Below, piece by piece: positions 41,246 through 51,908 of a DNA stretch of 64,000 nucleotides. The DNA is from an uncultured Alphaproteobacteria bacterium (GTDB lineage: Bacteria > Pseudomonadota > Alphaproteobacteria > Rhodobacterales > Rhodobacteraceae). The notes under the pieces are model-generated. The model searched no databases and was not told where the DNA came from. It saw only the letters and a program-made list of their open reading frames with translations. The position numbers and the translations under genes were made by a program. The stretch is from the NCBI GenBank assembly GCA_963783595.1, contig CAWAPA010000014.1, positions 21,277 through 85,276 on the forward strand, given 5' to 3'. Numbering within the stretch: the first letter of the stretch is position 1; each line of letters begins with the position of its first letter.

Positions 41246-42223
41246 TCACGCGTCGATATTGGCGTATTCACCCTTCGCGCCGCCCTTTGGCTTTTCACTG
41301 CGATCCAGCCCGATGAACAGAAGGATGTTCTTGGCCACGAACACCGAAGAATAGGTGCCCAGAACGATCCCCATCAAGATCGCGCCGACAAAGCCCCGGA
41401 TGACATCACCACCGAAAATCAGCATCGCCACCAGCGCAATCATCGTGGTGATCGACGTCTGCAACGTCCGGCTCAACGTCTCGTTCACCGACAGGTTCAT
41501 CACATCGCGCAATGGCATCGTCTTGTATTTCTGCAGGTTCTCCCGCAACCGGTCGAACACCACGACGGTATCGTTGATGGAATACCCAAGGATTGTCAGC
41601 AGGGCCGCAATGATCGTCAGGTCGAACTTGAACTGGAACAGCGCCCAGACCCCGATGGTCAGAAAGATGTCATGGATCAGCGCAAGAACCGCACCCAAGG
41701 CAAACTGCCATTCAAAGCGCAGCCAGATATACAGAAGAATAAAGAACGTTGCGGCCACCATCGCCAGAATTGCGGACCATACCAATTCGCCCGAAACCTT
41801 CGGCCCAACCACCTCGACCGATGGAAAGGTCACCGCCGGATCAATCGCTGTCAGCGCGGCCTGCACCGCCGTTACAAGACCGGTGCTGGTCTCCGTCGTG
41901 CCTTCCTCAAGCGCGATACGCACCTGCGCCACATGCTGATCGGCGGCAAACGTCGGATCGAACACTTCGGTGATTGCCACATCGCCCAAACCTTCAATCC
42001 CGGTCAGCGCATTCCGGTAGGCCCCGATATCCAGCGGCTGTGTCGATTCCGTGCGCAGGGTCGTTCCACCCTGAAAATCGATCCCGAAGTTCAGGCCCAT
42101 CACCGCCCAGATGACCAGGGCCACTACCGTTGCGATCATCGATCCACCAAACGTCAGCTTCGCGTTGGCGAAAAAGTCGATGTTGGTCTTTTCTTTTGCC
42201 AGTCTCAGACGCCACGCCATCAT
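41246..42223 (-). CDS. secF: protein translocase subunit SecF
   Basis: 325 aa with motifs GIDFQGGT and INDTVVVFDRLREN. Confidence 0.9.
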   Translation of the reverse strand: MMAWRLRLAKEKTNIDFFANAKLTFGGSMIATVVALVIWAVMGLNFGIDFQGGTTLRTESTQPLDIGAYRNALTGIEGLGDVAITEVFDPTFAADQHVAQVRIALEEGTTETSTGLVTAVQAALTAIDPAVTFPSVEVVGPKVSGELVWSAILAMVAATFFILLYIWLRFEWQFALGAVLALIHDIFLTIGVWALFQFKFDLTIIAALLTILGYSINDTVVVFDRLRENLQKYKTMPLRDVMNLSVNETLSRTLQTSITTMIALVAMLIFGGDVIRGFVGAILMGIVLGTYSSVFVAKNILLFIGLDRSEKPKGGAKGEYANIDA

Positions 42224-42230
42224 CCGCCCC

Positions 42231-43896
42231 CTATACGATCACGGTCTTGGGCTTGCGCCAGTTATACCACAGCTCGATCAGCAACCGCGTCACGTAAAGC
42301 GCGGTGAACACCGACGTGATGATCCCCACGCCCAGCGTGATGGCAAAACCGCGCACCGGCCCCGCACCAACGGCAAACAGCACGACCGCCGTGATGAATG
42401 TGGTGATGTTCGCGTCAATGATCGCCGACAACGCCTTTTCGTAACCGATCTCGATGGCGCGTGCCGCCGATTTCTGCGTGCGCAACTCCTCGCGGATACG
42501 CTCGAACACCAGCACATTGGCATCCACCGCCATCCCGATCGTCAGCACGATCCCCGCAATCCCCGGCAAGGTCAAAGTGCCACCAACCGCCGACAGCACC
42601 GCAAACAGCAACGCCATGTTCACCACGAGTGCAATGTTGGCAAACACCCCGAACAGCCCATAGCTCAGGATCATGTAGACCACGACCACGCACATCGCCA
42701 CAATCGCGGCAACCTTTCCCGCGTCAATGCTGTCTTGTCCCAATTCCGGCCCAACGGTGCGTTCTTCCAGCCAGGTCAGTTCGGCAGGCAACGCGCCTGA
42801 CCGCAGCAGCACCGCCAGCCGCGTGGACTCCTCAATCGTGAAATTCCCCGTGATGATCCCCGATCCGCCCGGAATATGGCTGTTGATCCGGGGGGCCGAA
42901 ATCACCTCGTCGTCCAGCACAATGGCGAACAACTGCCCGATGTTGGCGGCGGTATAGTCGCCAAATGCCCGCGCACCCGTGGTGTCAAAGCGGAAGCTGA
43001 CGGCGGGTTGGTTGTTCTGATCAAACGACGGCTGGCTGTCCACCAGATCTTCGCCCGACACCACCGGAAGATCCTCCAGCAGGTAATAAATCCCCGGCTC
43101 GTCCGATGATGGCAACAGCACTTCGCCCGCGCCCACCGGGGCCCCTGCATCGCCAGTGCGGCTCAGAACCCGGTTGAACGTCAGCTTGGCGGTCTTGCCG
43201 ATCAGTATCTTCAATTCCTCCGCCGACCCGATCCCCGGCACCTGGATCAACACCCGGTCCGTGCCTTGCCGCTGGATCGTCGGCTCACGCGTGCCCGCCT
43301 CGTCGACGCGGCGGCGCACGATTTCCAGCGACTGGTCCAACGTGCGCCCGTCGGTCGCAACCCGCTCCGCCTCCGACAGCTGGATCACGATGTCCTGCCC
43401 CTCGGTCGTGATATCCAGCGTGCTTTGCCCCACCCCCGTCAGCGTGACCACCGGATCAGACAGCGCCTCGACCGCCGCCAGCGCCGCAGGCATGCCTTCG
43501 GGCTTTTCAACCGACACCCGCAAAATCCCGTCCGGTGATGGCTGCCGACGGATGCTGCCCACCTCACCGCGCAGATTCGCGCAATGCATCCCGCACTTCG
43601 GGCCACAGCGCATCCATCCGCGCCTTGTAGACATCGGCAACCTGCACCTCGGCCAGCAGATGCGCGCCGCCCCGCAGATCAAGCCCAAGGTTGACAACCG
43701 CCGATGGCAACGCCGATGGCCACCCCGCAAGGTCCGCCTCTTGATCAGGCGTCAGAACCGCGCCCGCGTTCAGCGCCGTTTGCGCATCATTGTGCCGTTC
43801 CACCTGCGTATAAAACAAGTTTGGCATCGCACCCATGATGCCAAGTGCGATGACCGCACAAATCAGTAGACGCTTCCACAGCGGGGTGAACAGCAT
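42231..43896 (-). pseudogene. secD: protein translocase subunit SecD, frame-disrupted near 43570-43585
   Basis: The N-terminal ORF 43564..43896 (NLGLDLRGGAHLL) ends ...EVRDALR+ESAR*. The body (ORF 42231..43730) resumes NLRGEVGSIRR... in the +1 frame. Confidence 0.85.
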
Positions 43897-43918
43897 TTGA
43901 ACCAGCCCTTTTCGTCAA

Positions 43919-44248
43919 TCAGCCGACGGCCGGTTCCGTCTTGTTCATCACCGTGGCGATGGTGTGCCGCGCAACGCGCACCTTTACACCATCCGCGATT
44001 TCCACCTCGACCACGCCATCATCACCGACCTTGCTCACCTTGCCGATGATGCCGCCTTGCGTCAGCACTTGGTCGCCCCGGCGCAGCGCCTCGATCATTG
44101 CCTTGTGCTCTTTCATCTTGCGTTGCTGCGGGCGGATCATCAGCACATAGAAAATCGCAAAGATGATCAGCGGGAAGATCAGCGTGGAAAGCGCCGAACC
44201 GGCACCTGCACCGCCGGTGGACTGCGCAAAGGCGGGTGATACGAACAT
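43919..44248 (-). CDS. yajC: preprotein translocase subunit YajC
   Basis: 109 aa with motifs MIRPQQRKMKEH and GDQVLTQGGIIGKV. Confidence 0.9.
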   Translation of the reverse strand: MFVSPAFAQSTGGAGAGSALSTLIFPLIIFAIFYVLMIRPQQRKMKEHKAMIEALRRGDQVLTQGGIIGKVSKVGDDGVVEVEIADGVKVRVARHTIATVMNKTEPAVG

Positions 44249-44394
44249 GGGTCATCCTTCAGATATGGCAGGGCATGGCCCCGAAATTTCGCCGCAACCT
44301 AGTCGCCCACGCTGTGATGCGCAAGGCGGCGCACGTTGCGCAAATCGCACCTAAGCACGCCCGCCGCACATGTCACCGGGCAAGGCTGATAATT

Positions 44395-45391
44395 TTATAC
44401 GATCTCGCGCGCCAGCGGCAGTCGCTGCATGACCCAAGTCGCGCCGAATGCCGTCGCCATTGTGAATATCGCCGCCAAAGACCGGTCCACTTCCGCCCCA
44501 AACAGCTTGAACGCGACCAGCATGAAGAACGGATGCAGCACATAGACGCCAAACGCAAACCCGGCAAGCCATGTCGGCCACGCCCCTTTGATGTCAATCC
44601 GCCAGACGATTTCAAACACCACTGCCGCCAGCAACATCTGCACGCTCGCAAATCCCGGCCCGGTGATATGCGTGGACAAACGGTCCGGGTCACTGAACTC
44701 CGCAATGAACGCAGGCCACCCCGGTTCAACCGCCACGGTGACCACGCTGGCCACAAACGCCACGCCCAGTGGCATCCACCCCATGTTCAACCGCCGCCCC
44801 GATCGCCACGAACAGCCCATACAGAAACAGCGGGATCGAAAACCACCATTGCGGCCACGGCTCTGGCCAGCCCGCGTGGCGATGCAGCCACCCTGCCCCG
44901 GCCCCCACCACGATCAGCACCGCCGCGAAAATCCACATGCCCCGCGGCCCTTGGACCGTGCGCGCCACCCATGGCACGATCACCAGCGCCATCATCACGA
45001 ACGGCAGAAACCAAAGATGCACCCATGACCCCAACATCAGGCTGAATGGGTCCGACAGCAATGGCACCGACCACGGATCATCCGCCATGTAGTATTGCAG
45101 CGCCTTGTAAAACACACACCATGCCAGCCACGGGATCAGGATGCGCTGCGCCCGCGCCGCCCAAAAACCCGAGGCCTGCCCGCGCGCTGCCGACCTGTCA
45201 TATGAACCAAGCGCAAAATAGCTGGTCAGGATCAGAAAAAGTGCCAGCGACAGATAGCCGACATCAGCAAACGGGGCGCGCGCATGGTCCCAGACAATAC
45301 CAAGCGCGGCCAGAAACCGCGCCAGATCAATCGCCCGCCTGTAGTCTTTGTCTGCCGTCCCTGCCGCCACGCCATCACCCGAAATTTCCAC
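44395..45391 (-). pseudogene. acyltransferase family 3 membrane protein, frame-disrupted near 44775-44800
   Basis: ORF 44726..45391 (RAIDLARFLAALGIVWDH...) and ORF 44395..44820 are both polytopic and join at ...AVEHG / WMPLGVAFV with a +1 offset. Confidence 0.65.
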
Positions 45392-45545
45392 CCCCCAATG
45401 CCTTACGACGTCGCGGTTGCACAGATGGATAAATGGTCAGGATGGCATTTTCTGGGCCAAAGTCACCCCGACAGCGCCCCGCCACCCCTTTTCCCGTGGC
45501 GCACAATCGGGCATAGCTGCGGCCAGACAACCGCAAAGGTGCCCC

Positions 45546-46838
45546 ATGCATGACATCCGCCTGATCCGCGAAAACCCCGCCGCTTTTGACGAAGCCATGT
45601 CGCGTCGCGGTCTGAGCGGCCTGTCGGAACAGGTGCTGGCGATTGATAACGCCCGCCGCGCCGCCATTCTCGCTGCCGAAACCGCCCAAGCCGCGCAGAA
45701 CACCGCGTCCAAAGATGTGGGCGCGGCCAAAGCCGCCGGAAACACGGCGGAATTTGAACGCCTGCGCGCCCTTGTGGCCGAGAAAAAAGCCGAAATTGCC
45801 CGACTGAACGACGAGGCCGCCGTTGAAGACAACCGCCTGCGTGACCTTCTCCTCACGCTTCCCAACCTGCCGCTTGACGAGGTGCCATCCGGCACGGATG
45901 AGGCGGACAATGTCGAATTGCGCCGCTGGGGCACGCCGCCGAACCTTGACTTCGATCCCAAGGAACACTTTGAAATCAAGGCGATGGAAGGCCTTCTTGA
46001 TTTCGCGACCGCCGCGAAACTCTCCGGCTCCCGCTTTGTGATCCTGCAAGGGGCTGCGATCCGCCTGCACCGCGCGTTGTCGCAATTCATGCTCGATACC
46101 CACATCACCGACCATGGACTGACCGAAACCTGGACCCCCGTTCTGGTCAAGGAAGACGCGATGTATGGCACCAACCAACTGCCTAAATTCGCCGAAGACA
46201 GCTATCAGACCACGAACGGCTGGTGGCTGATCCCCACGTCTGAAGTGACCCTGACAAACATGGTCGCGGGCGAAATCCTTGATGAAAATCAACTCCCCAT
46301 CCGGCGGTGCGCCCATACCCAATGCTTCCGCTCCGAGGCAGGCTCAGCGGGCAAGGATACCTCCGGCATGCTGCGCCAACACCAGTTTGAAAAGGTGGAG
46401 ATGGTGTCGATCACCACGCCGGATCAAAGCCTGGCCGAACATGAACGCATGACCAACTGCGCCGAGAATATCCTGCAGAAACTTGGACTTCCCTACCGTA
46501 TCGTCGTGCTTTGCACCGGTGATATGGGCTTTGGCGCGACCAAGACCCACGATCTTGAGGTCTGGCTGCCCGGCCAGAACACCTACCGCGAAATCAGCTC
46601 CGTCTCGGTCTGTGGCGCGTTTCAGGCCCGCCGCATGAACGCCCGCTTCCGCCCCGCAGCAGGGGGTAAACCCGATTATGTGCATACCCTGAACGGCTCA
46701 GGCCTTGCCGTCGGGCGCACCCTGATCGCTGTGCTGGAAAACGGCCAGCAAGCCGATGGCTCGGTCAGCCTGCCCCCCGTCCTGCATCCATACATGGGCG
46801 GTGCCACCCGCATCAATTCGGACGGTACGCTAGGCTGA
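45546..46838 (+). CDS. serS: serine--tRNA ligase
   Basis: N-terminal coiled-coil arm ([11 protein letters not shown]...) and class II aaRS core ([37 protein letters not shown]). Confidence 0.9.
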   Translation: MHDIRLIRENPAAFDEAMSRRGLSGLSEQVLAIDNARRAAILAAETAQAAQNTASKDVGAAKAAGNTAEFERLRALVAEKKAEIARLNDEAAVEDNRLRDLLLTLPNLPLDEVPSGTDEADNVELRRWGTPPNLDFDPKEHFEIKAMEGLLDFATAAKLSGSRFVILQGAAIRLHRALSQFMLDTHITDHGLTETWTPVLVKEDAMYGTNQLPKFAEDSYQTTNGWWLIPTSEVTLTNMVAGEILDENQLPIRRCAHTQCFRSEAGSAGKDTSGMLRQHQFEKVEMVSITTPDQSLAEHERMTNCAENILQKLGLPYRIVVLCTGDMGFGATKTHDLEVWLPGQNTYREISSVSVCGAFQARRMNARFRPAAGGKPDYVHTLNGSGLAVGRTLIAVLENGQQADGSVSLPPVLHPYMGGATRINSDGTLG

Positions 46839-46857
46839 CCTCCCCATCCCCTGATGT

Positions 46858-46883
46858 GGCCGTGCAACACATATTGCACGGCC
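46858..46883 (+). terminator. 10-bp perfect hairpin after serS (terminator-like, no T tract)
   Basis: GGCCGTGCAA (46858-67) pairs with TTGCACGGCC (46874-83). Confidence 0.4.
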
Positions 46884-47010
46884 AACCCCTGCCGCTTGAC
46901 CAAAAGTCCCGCAAGGTGAATACCTTGTGATCAAGCGGCAAGCGTCAAGCTGCCATAAAAGACTTCCGAGCAGCGGCCCGTGACGCAGGGCCACAGGACA
47001 TGATATCCGC

Positions 47011-47826
47011 ATGGTGCGCACCGTTTCGGTCACCTATGCCACAGCGCCCACATTGCGGGGCGATCGTCCCCTCATGGCCGATGTGACCCTGCCCGATGGT
47101 GCGCCCTGCGATCTGCTGGTCTGGATGCATTCGGGCGGTTTCCGCACCGGATCGCGCCAGCACCGCAACCACGCCGTGATTGGCCGCCGGTTCGCCCTGC
47201 ACGGCATCGCCACCGCCTTTATCGACTACCGACTGGCCCGCCCGCCAGCGCTGCTGCGACCTGCGACAGTCGCCATGCTGCCTGCCCTGCAGGCCGACGC
47301 CATTGCCGCGGACGAGGATATGCATGAAAGTTTCTTTGGCCCCCGCCCGCTCGCCGTTGTCGAAGATGCCTGCGCCTTCCTTGGCTTTGCACAAGACCAC
47401 GCCGCGGCGTGGAACCTGTCGGGCACGTTCCTTCTGGGCGGCAGTTCCGCCGGGGCGATTTCCGCGCTCAACACCCTGTGGCTGCCGCCGTTTCTGGGGC
47501 TCGAACGCCCTGCCATTGCCACGGTCTTTGCCTTTTCAGGCGGCTTTGCCTATCCATCGTTTCGCCATGCCACCGGCGCACGCATCTATGCCATGCACAA
47601 CCCCGAAGATGCCCGCGTGCCAGTCTCGTCAATCCGCCGCCTTGTCGCCCGCACCACAAATACCGATGACCCCGTGACCCTGATCGAAGACAACCACAAT
47701 TCCCACGGTGATTTCTGCATCACGCCGCAAGAACCCGTACGCAGTGCCATCGCCCGGATCGCCGCCTTCCACCGCGCCGCACCCGCCATGCCACGCGCCG
47801 CATCCAGACTGGAGATGACGACATGA
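47011..47826 (+). CDS. alpha/beta hydrolase (esterase/lipase-like)
   Basis: HSGGF oxyanion-type motif and the nucleophile elbow GGSSAGA. Confidence 0.65.
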   Translation: MVRTVSVTYATAPTLRGDRPLMADVTLPDGAPCDLLVWMHSGGFRTGSRQHRNHAVIGRRFALHGIATAFIDYRLARPPALLRPATVAMLPALQADAIAADEDMHESFFGPRPLAVVEDACAFLGFAQDHAAAWNLSGTFLLGGSSAGAISALNTLWLPPFLGLERPAIATVFAFSGGFAYPSFRHATGARIYAMHNPEDARVPVSSIRRLVARTTNTDDPVTLIEDNHNSHGDFCITPQEPVRSAIARIAAFHRAAPAMPRAASRLEMTT

Positions 47827-49547
47827 CGCTCGATTATGCCGAAGTCATTGAAACCAACGGCATCAAGGTGCCCTTCGTGCCCGCCATCATCACGCCCAAC
47901 ATCGAACGCCCGATGCGCAACAACCGCTATGAAGGTGGCGAGGCGGCGGCGCTGCGGCGCATCCTGCGCCCCGGTGACCGGGTGTTGGAACTGGGCGCAG
48001 GGATCGGCCTGTTGTCCACCCTTTCTGGCATGATTGCTGGCGTCGAACGCATCGTTGCGGTCGAGGCGAACCCAGACCTGATCCCCTTGATCCATGAAAC
48101 GCACCGCCTCAACGGCGTCACAACTGTTGATCTGCGCAACGGGATCGCGGCAGCCAAGGATGGCCAGGATGTGCCGTTCTACGTGCGTGGTGATTTCTGG
48201 TCATCCTCGATGGAACCCACGTCGCGCCCCTACGTGCGCGAAGTGGCCTTGCCCTGCTTTGGCATCACCACATTGATGGACGATCTGCGCCCCACCGTCA
48301 TCGTTTGCGACATCGAAGGCGGCGAATCTGGCCTGTTTGATGCGGTCGACATGTCGTCTGTCCGCGCCGTGGTGATGGAGTTGCACCCCAAGGTTTATGG
48401 CATTCCCGAACGTGATCGCATTCTGGCCACGCTGGCGGCGAAAGGCCTGCATCTCGCCGAAAGCAATGCACCCGACAGTTCGGTGCAACTGATGGAACGG
48501 CGGGCCACGCCGCCCCGCGCCCCGGCAGCCTTTCTGCCGCCACGTCCCTTCCGGGCATGGCCTGCCGCCGACCCACGGGTCTGCGTCGCCACCTGTATGA
48601 AGGACGAAGGCCCTTTCATCCTCGAATGGGTTGCATGGAACCACGCCATCGGCATCCGCGATCTTGTGGTTTTCACCAATGACTGCACCGACGGCACCGA
48701 CCGCATTCTTGACCGCCTGTCAGACATGGGTCTGGTCACCCATCTGCCCAATCCGGCCCTGGGGACCGGCGACACGTTCTTTCAACCCGCCGCGCTGAAC
48801 TATGCCCATCATCTGCGGCAAATGCGCGAGGCGGATTATTTTCTGTCCATCGACGTCGATGAATTCGTCAATATCCGCACCGGACAAGGCACGATAACCG
48901 ATCTGATTGCGGCGGCGGGCTATTTCGACGTGCTGTCGATGTCCGAACTGAACCACGGTGCCAACCAGACTGAACATTTCACCCCCGGCTGGTTGAAGGA
49001 TCAGTTTCCCCTGCATCAGACCGAACGCCCCGGCCACTATCGCGCCCGGCGCGGGGTCAAAAGCCTTGTGCGCCTGTCTGAAAAGGTGGAACGCCTGCGC
49101 AATCACCGCCCCGACATGGCCGATGCCGGCAGCCCTGTCATCTGGCTCGATGGTTCGGGTCGCCCACAAACCACCCTGCACGCAGACCGTGGCGAAAATG
49201 GTCTCGACAGCCGCGGCACCTATAATCTTGTCAGCCTTGATCACTTCCCCCTGCGCGCGCTTGACAGTTATCTCGTCAAGATGTTTCGCGGTGATGTCGT
49301 TGTGCAGGGCAAGCAGGTGTCGCAAACCTATTGGCGCACCCGAAACCAGAACGAGGTCGCGACCTCTGACTTTTCGCGCGCTGATGCGGCTGCCCGTGCG
49401 TTTCATCACGATCACTTTGAAAAGGATGCCCCTCTCATGGCCCTGCATCAGGCGGCCTGCGTCGCACATACCGCGCGTATCGCGGCGCTACGGACTGACC
49501 CGGCCTTTGCCGCGCGCCGCGCATGGGCTCTGCGTGACGCATGGTAG
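47823..49547 (+). CDS. fusion protein: FkbM-family SAM methyltransferase (N-terminal) + GT92/GT2-like glycosyltransferase domain (C-terminal)
   Basis: N-terminal half has VLELGAGIGLLS...VCDIEGGE. C-terminal half has CMKDEGPFILEWVAWNHAIGIRDLVVFTNDCTDGT...SIDVDEF. ATGA overlap with the hydrolase gene. Confidence 0.6.
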   Translation: MTLDYAEVIETNGIKVPFVPAIITPNIERPMRNNRYEGGEAAALRRILRPGDRVLELGAGIGLLSTLSGMIAGVERIVAVEANPDLIPLIHETHRLNGVTTVDLRNGIAAAKDGQDVPFYVRGDFWSSSMEPTSRPYVREVALPCFGITTLMDDLRPTVIVCDIEGGESGLFDAVDMSSVRAVVMELHPKVYGIPERDRILATLAAKGLHLAESNAPDSSVQLMERRATPPRAPAAFLPPRPFRAWPAADPRVCVATCMKDEGPFILEWVAWNHAIGIRDLVVFTNDCTDGTDRILDRLSDMGLVTHLPNPALGTGDTFFQPAALNYAHHLRQMREADYFLSIDVDEFVNIRTGQGTITDLIAAAGYFDVLSMSELNHGANQTEHFTPGWLKDQFPLHQTERPGHYRARRGVKSLVRLSEKVERLRNHRPDMADAGSPVIWLDGSGRPQTTLHADRGENGLDSRGTYNLVSLDHFPLRALDSYLVKMFRGDVVVQGKQVSQTYWRTRNQNEVATSDFSRADAAARAFHHDHFEKDAPLMALHQAACVAHTARIAALRTDPAFAARRAWALRDAW

Positions 49548-50266
49548 CGCGCGCCGTCATCCTGCTGCTGGCGACCATCGCGTTCGGTCTGGCACCCTTG
49601 GTCACCACGCCGTTTCGCGGCTATGCCCCCGGCCTGTTTCCCGTGCTGATCGACCGCCCGTCAATTCAGCCCGCTGGCTATGCCTTTTCCATCTGGGCGC
49701 TGATCTATCTGGGGCTGATTGGCCACGCGCTGTTTGGCCTGATCTTTCGCCGCATTGATCCTGACTGGGATCGGGGGCGCATGGCCCTTGCCACGTCCAT
49801 CGTGATCGGCGCGTTCTGGCTGGCAATTGCTGCGGCCTATCCGATTACAGCAACCAACGGCATATACGCGATGCTGGCCCTTGCCCTGATTGCCCTGTTT
49901 CAGGCAAATCCCGATCGTGACCCGTGGCTGCTGACCACGCCCGTTGCGATCTATGCGGGGTGGCTGACAGCGGCGGCCAACGTGTCACTTGGTGTCGTTG
50001 TAGCGGGCTATGGATTGTTGACCGATACAGAAAGCGCCGCCGCCATGTTGGCCTTGACGCTGGCAATCGCGGTGATCGTGCAGTTGCGTCGGCCCCGCGC
50101 ACCCGAATACGGCCTGACGATCATCTGGGCGCTGATTGCGATAGCATGGGTCAACTGGCAGCCAAACTTTACCGTGTCCCTGCTGGCCCTTGGCGGGATC
50201 GTGATCCTGATCCTGACCATTCTGGGCGCACGCCACCAGATGAAAATCTCGGGCAGCGCAACCTGA
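49541..50266 (+). CDS. TspO/MBR-related integral membrane protein
   Basis: 241 aa with multiple TM helices and the motif QPAGYAFSIWALIYL. Overlaps the upstream gene by 7 nt. Confidence 0.5.
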   Translation: MVARAVILLLATIAFGLAPLVTTPFRGYAPGLFPVLIDRPSIQPAGYAFSIWALIYLGLIGHALFGLIFRRIDPDWDRGRMALATSIVIGAFWLAIAAAYPITATNGIYAMLALALIALFQANPDRDPWLLTTPVAIYAGWLTAAANVSLGVVVAGYGLLTDTESAAAMLALTLAIAVIVQLRRPRAPEYGLTIIWALIAIAWVNWQPNFTVSLLALGGIVILILTILGARHQMKISGSAT

Positions 50267-50280
50267 CATTCCGGCGCGGC

Positions 50281-50380
50281 TCGATCACGAAATGTTTCAG
50301 ACCCGTTAACTATTACGGGCCTGAAAAAAGCTACATGTATGTTTTATATATATAATTCTGAAAATTGACAGCCGTCAATT
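50281..50380 (+). repeat. AT-rich intergenic repeat, copy 3 of 3
   Basis: Blocks: CGATCACGAAATGTTTCAG, TTAAC (50306-10), TATAAT (50351-56), TTGACAGCCGTCAA (50365-78). The middle has diverged and there is no DnaA-box 9-mer. Confidence 0.85.
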
Positions 50381-50386
50381 TCCGGG

Positions 50387-51859
50387 TCAACCCTTGGGTT
50401 TGATCCCGTTGTCGATGTGCTTGCGCAACCGGCTTGGGGTGTGAAACTTCTGGTTCTTGAACGGGTTCCGGTCGCCCTGTCCGCGGAACGTCAACCGGAT
50501 CGGCGTGCCCGGCATCTCGAAATGCTCACGCAATCCGTTCACAAGATAGCGGCGATAGCTGTCAGGCATCAGATCAGGATGGCTGCACATCGCGATGAAC
50601 CCCGGTGGCCGCGTCTTGACCTGCGTCATGTAGCGCAGCTTGATCCGGTGTCCGCCCGGTGCCGGCGGCGGATGCGCCTCGGTCATCGCCCCCAGCCAAG
50701 TGTTCAGCCGCGCCGTTGGGATGCGCCGGTTCCACACATCATGCGCCCGCCGGATCGCATCGTGCAGCCGGTCCAGCCCCCTGCCCGTCTTGGCCGAAAC
50801 GGTGACCAACGGCGCACCACGCAACTGCGGCAGCATCCGTTCGAACATCTCTTTCAGTTCGGCCAGCTTTTCCTGCTTTTCGTCCTCAAGGTCCCATTTG
50901 TTGACCGCGATCACGATGGCCCGGCCCTCGGTTTCTGCGAAATCGGCGATGCGCAAGTCCTGCACCTCGAACGGAATCTCCACGTCCAGCAGCACCACGA
51001 CCACCTCGGCAAACCGTACCGCCCGAATACCATCGGCAACCGACAGCTTTTCCAGCTTTTCCGAAATCCGCGCCCGCCTGCGCATCCCCGCCGTGTCAAA
51101 AATCCGGATCGGCGTGCCCTGCCAATCGGCCCGCACCGAAATCGCATCCCGCGTTATCCCCGGCTCCGGGCCCGTCAAAAGTCGTTCGTCACCCAGAATC
51201 TTGTTGATCAATGTCGATTTGCCCGCATTGGGTCGCCCGATCACCGCAATCTGCAGTGGTTTTTTCACCGTCGGCCAATGCGCCTCAGGGTCCGCTTCAT
51301 CTTCGCTGCCCTCTGGCACGTCGATGTCGACCTCGGGCGCATCGGCCTCGCTGCGTTCGGCAAAGGCATCCGCCAAAGGCCGCAGCAATGTGTAAAGATC
51401 ATCAAGCCCCTCGCCATGCTCTGCCGACAGCCGCACAGGCTCTCCCAGACCCAGTGACCACGCATCCAGCGCACCCGCATCGCCAGCACTGCCTTCGGAT
51501 TTGTTCACGCCAAGAATGACCTTTGCACCCTTCTTGCGCAGGATGTCGGCAAAAATCTCGTCGTTCGCGGTGACCCCGGCCCGCCCGTCAATCAGAAACA
51601 GACTGATGTCAGCCATCCCAACGGCGCGTTCAGTCAATCGCCGCATCCGGCCCTGAAGGCTGTCATCCGTGACATTCTCGAGCCCCGCCGTATCAATCAC
51701 CGTAAAGCGTAGATCGAAAAGCCGTGCATCACCCTCACGCAAATCGCGCGTCACGCCGGGTTGATCATCCACCAGCGCCAATTTGCGCCCGACAAGGCGG
51801 TTGAACAGCGTGGATTTGCCGACATTCGGGCGGCCGACGATGGCAAGGGTAAAGCTCAT
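50387..51859 (-). CDS. der: ribosome-associated GTPase Der (EngA)
   Basis: Two tandem GTPase domains (GRPNVGKST twice) and a KH-like C-terminus. Confidence 0.9.
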   Translation of the reverse strand: MSFTLAIVGRPNVGKSTLFNRLVGRKLALVDDQPGVTRDLREGDARLFDLRFTVIDTAGLENVTDDSLQGRMRRLTERAVGMADISLFLIDGRAGVTANDEIFADILRKKGAKVILGVNKSEGSAGDAGALDAWSLGLGEPVRLSAEHGEGLDDLYTLLRPLADAFAERSEADAPEVDIDVPEGSEDEADPEAHWPTVKKPLQIAVIGRPNAGKSTLINKILGDERLLTGPEPGITRDAISVRADWQGTPIRIFDTAGMRRRARISEKLEKLSVADGIRAVRFAEVVVVLLDVEIPFEVQDLRIADFAETEGRAIVIAVNKWDLEDEKQEKLAELKEMFERMLPQLRGAPLVTVSAKTGRGLDRLHDAIRRAHDVWNRRIPTARLNTWLGAMTEAHPPPAPGGHRIKLRYMTQVKTRPPGFIAMCSHPDLMPDSYRRYLVNGLREHFEMPGTPIRLTFRGQGDRNPFKNQKFHTPSRLRKHIDNGIKPKG

Positions 51860-51908
51860 GTGTTTTTGCGTCCAACAGTGAAGCCCGTGGCCTTACACCG
51901 CCTGCGCG

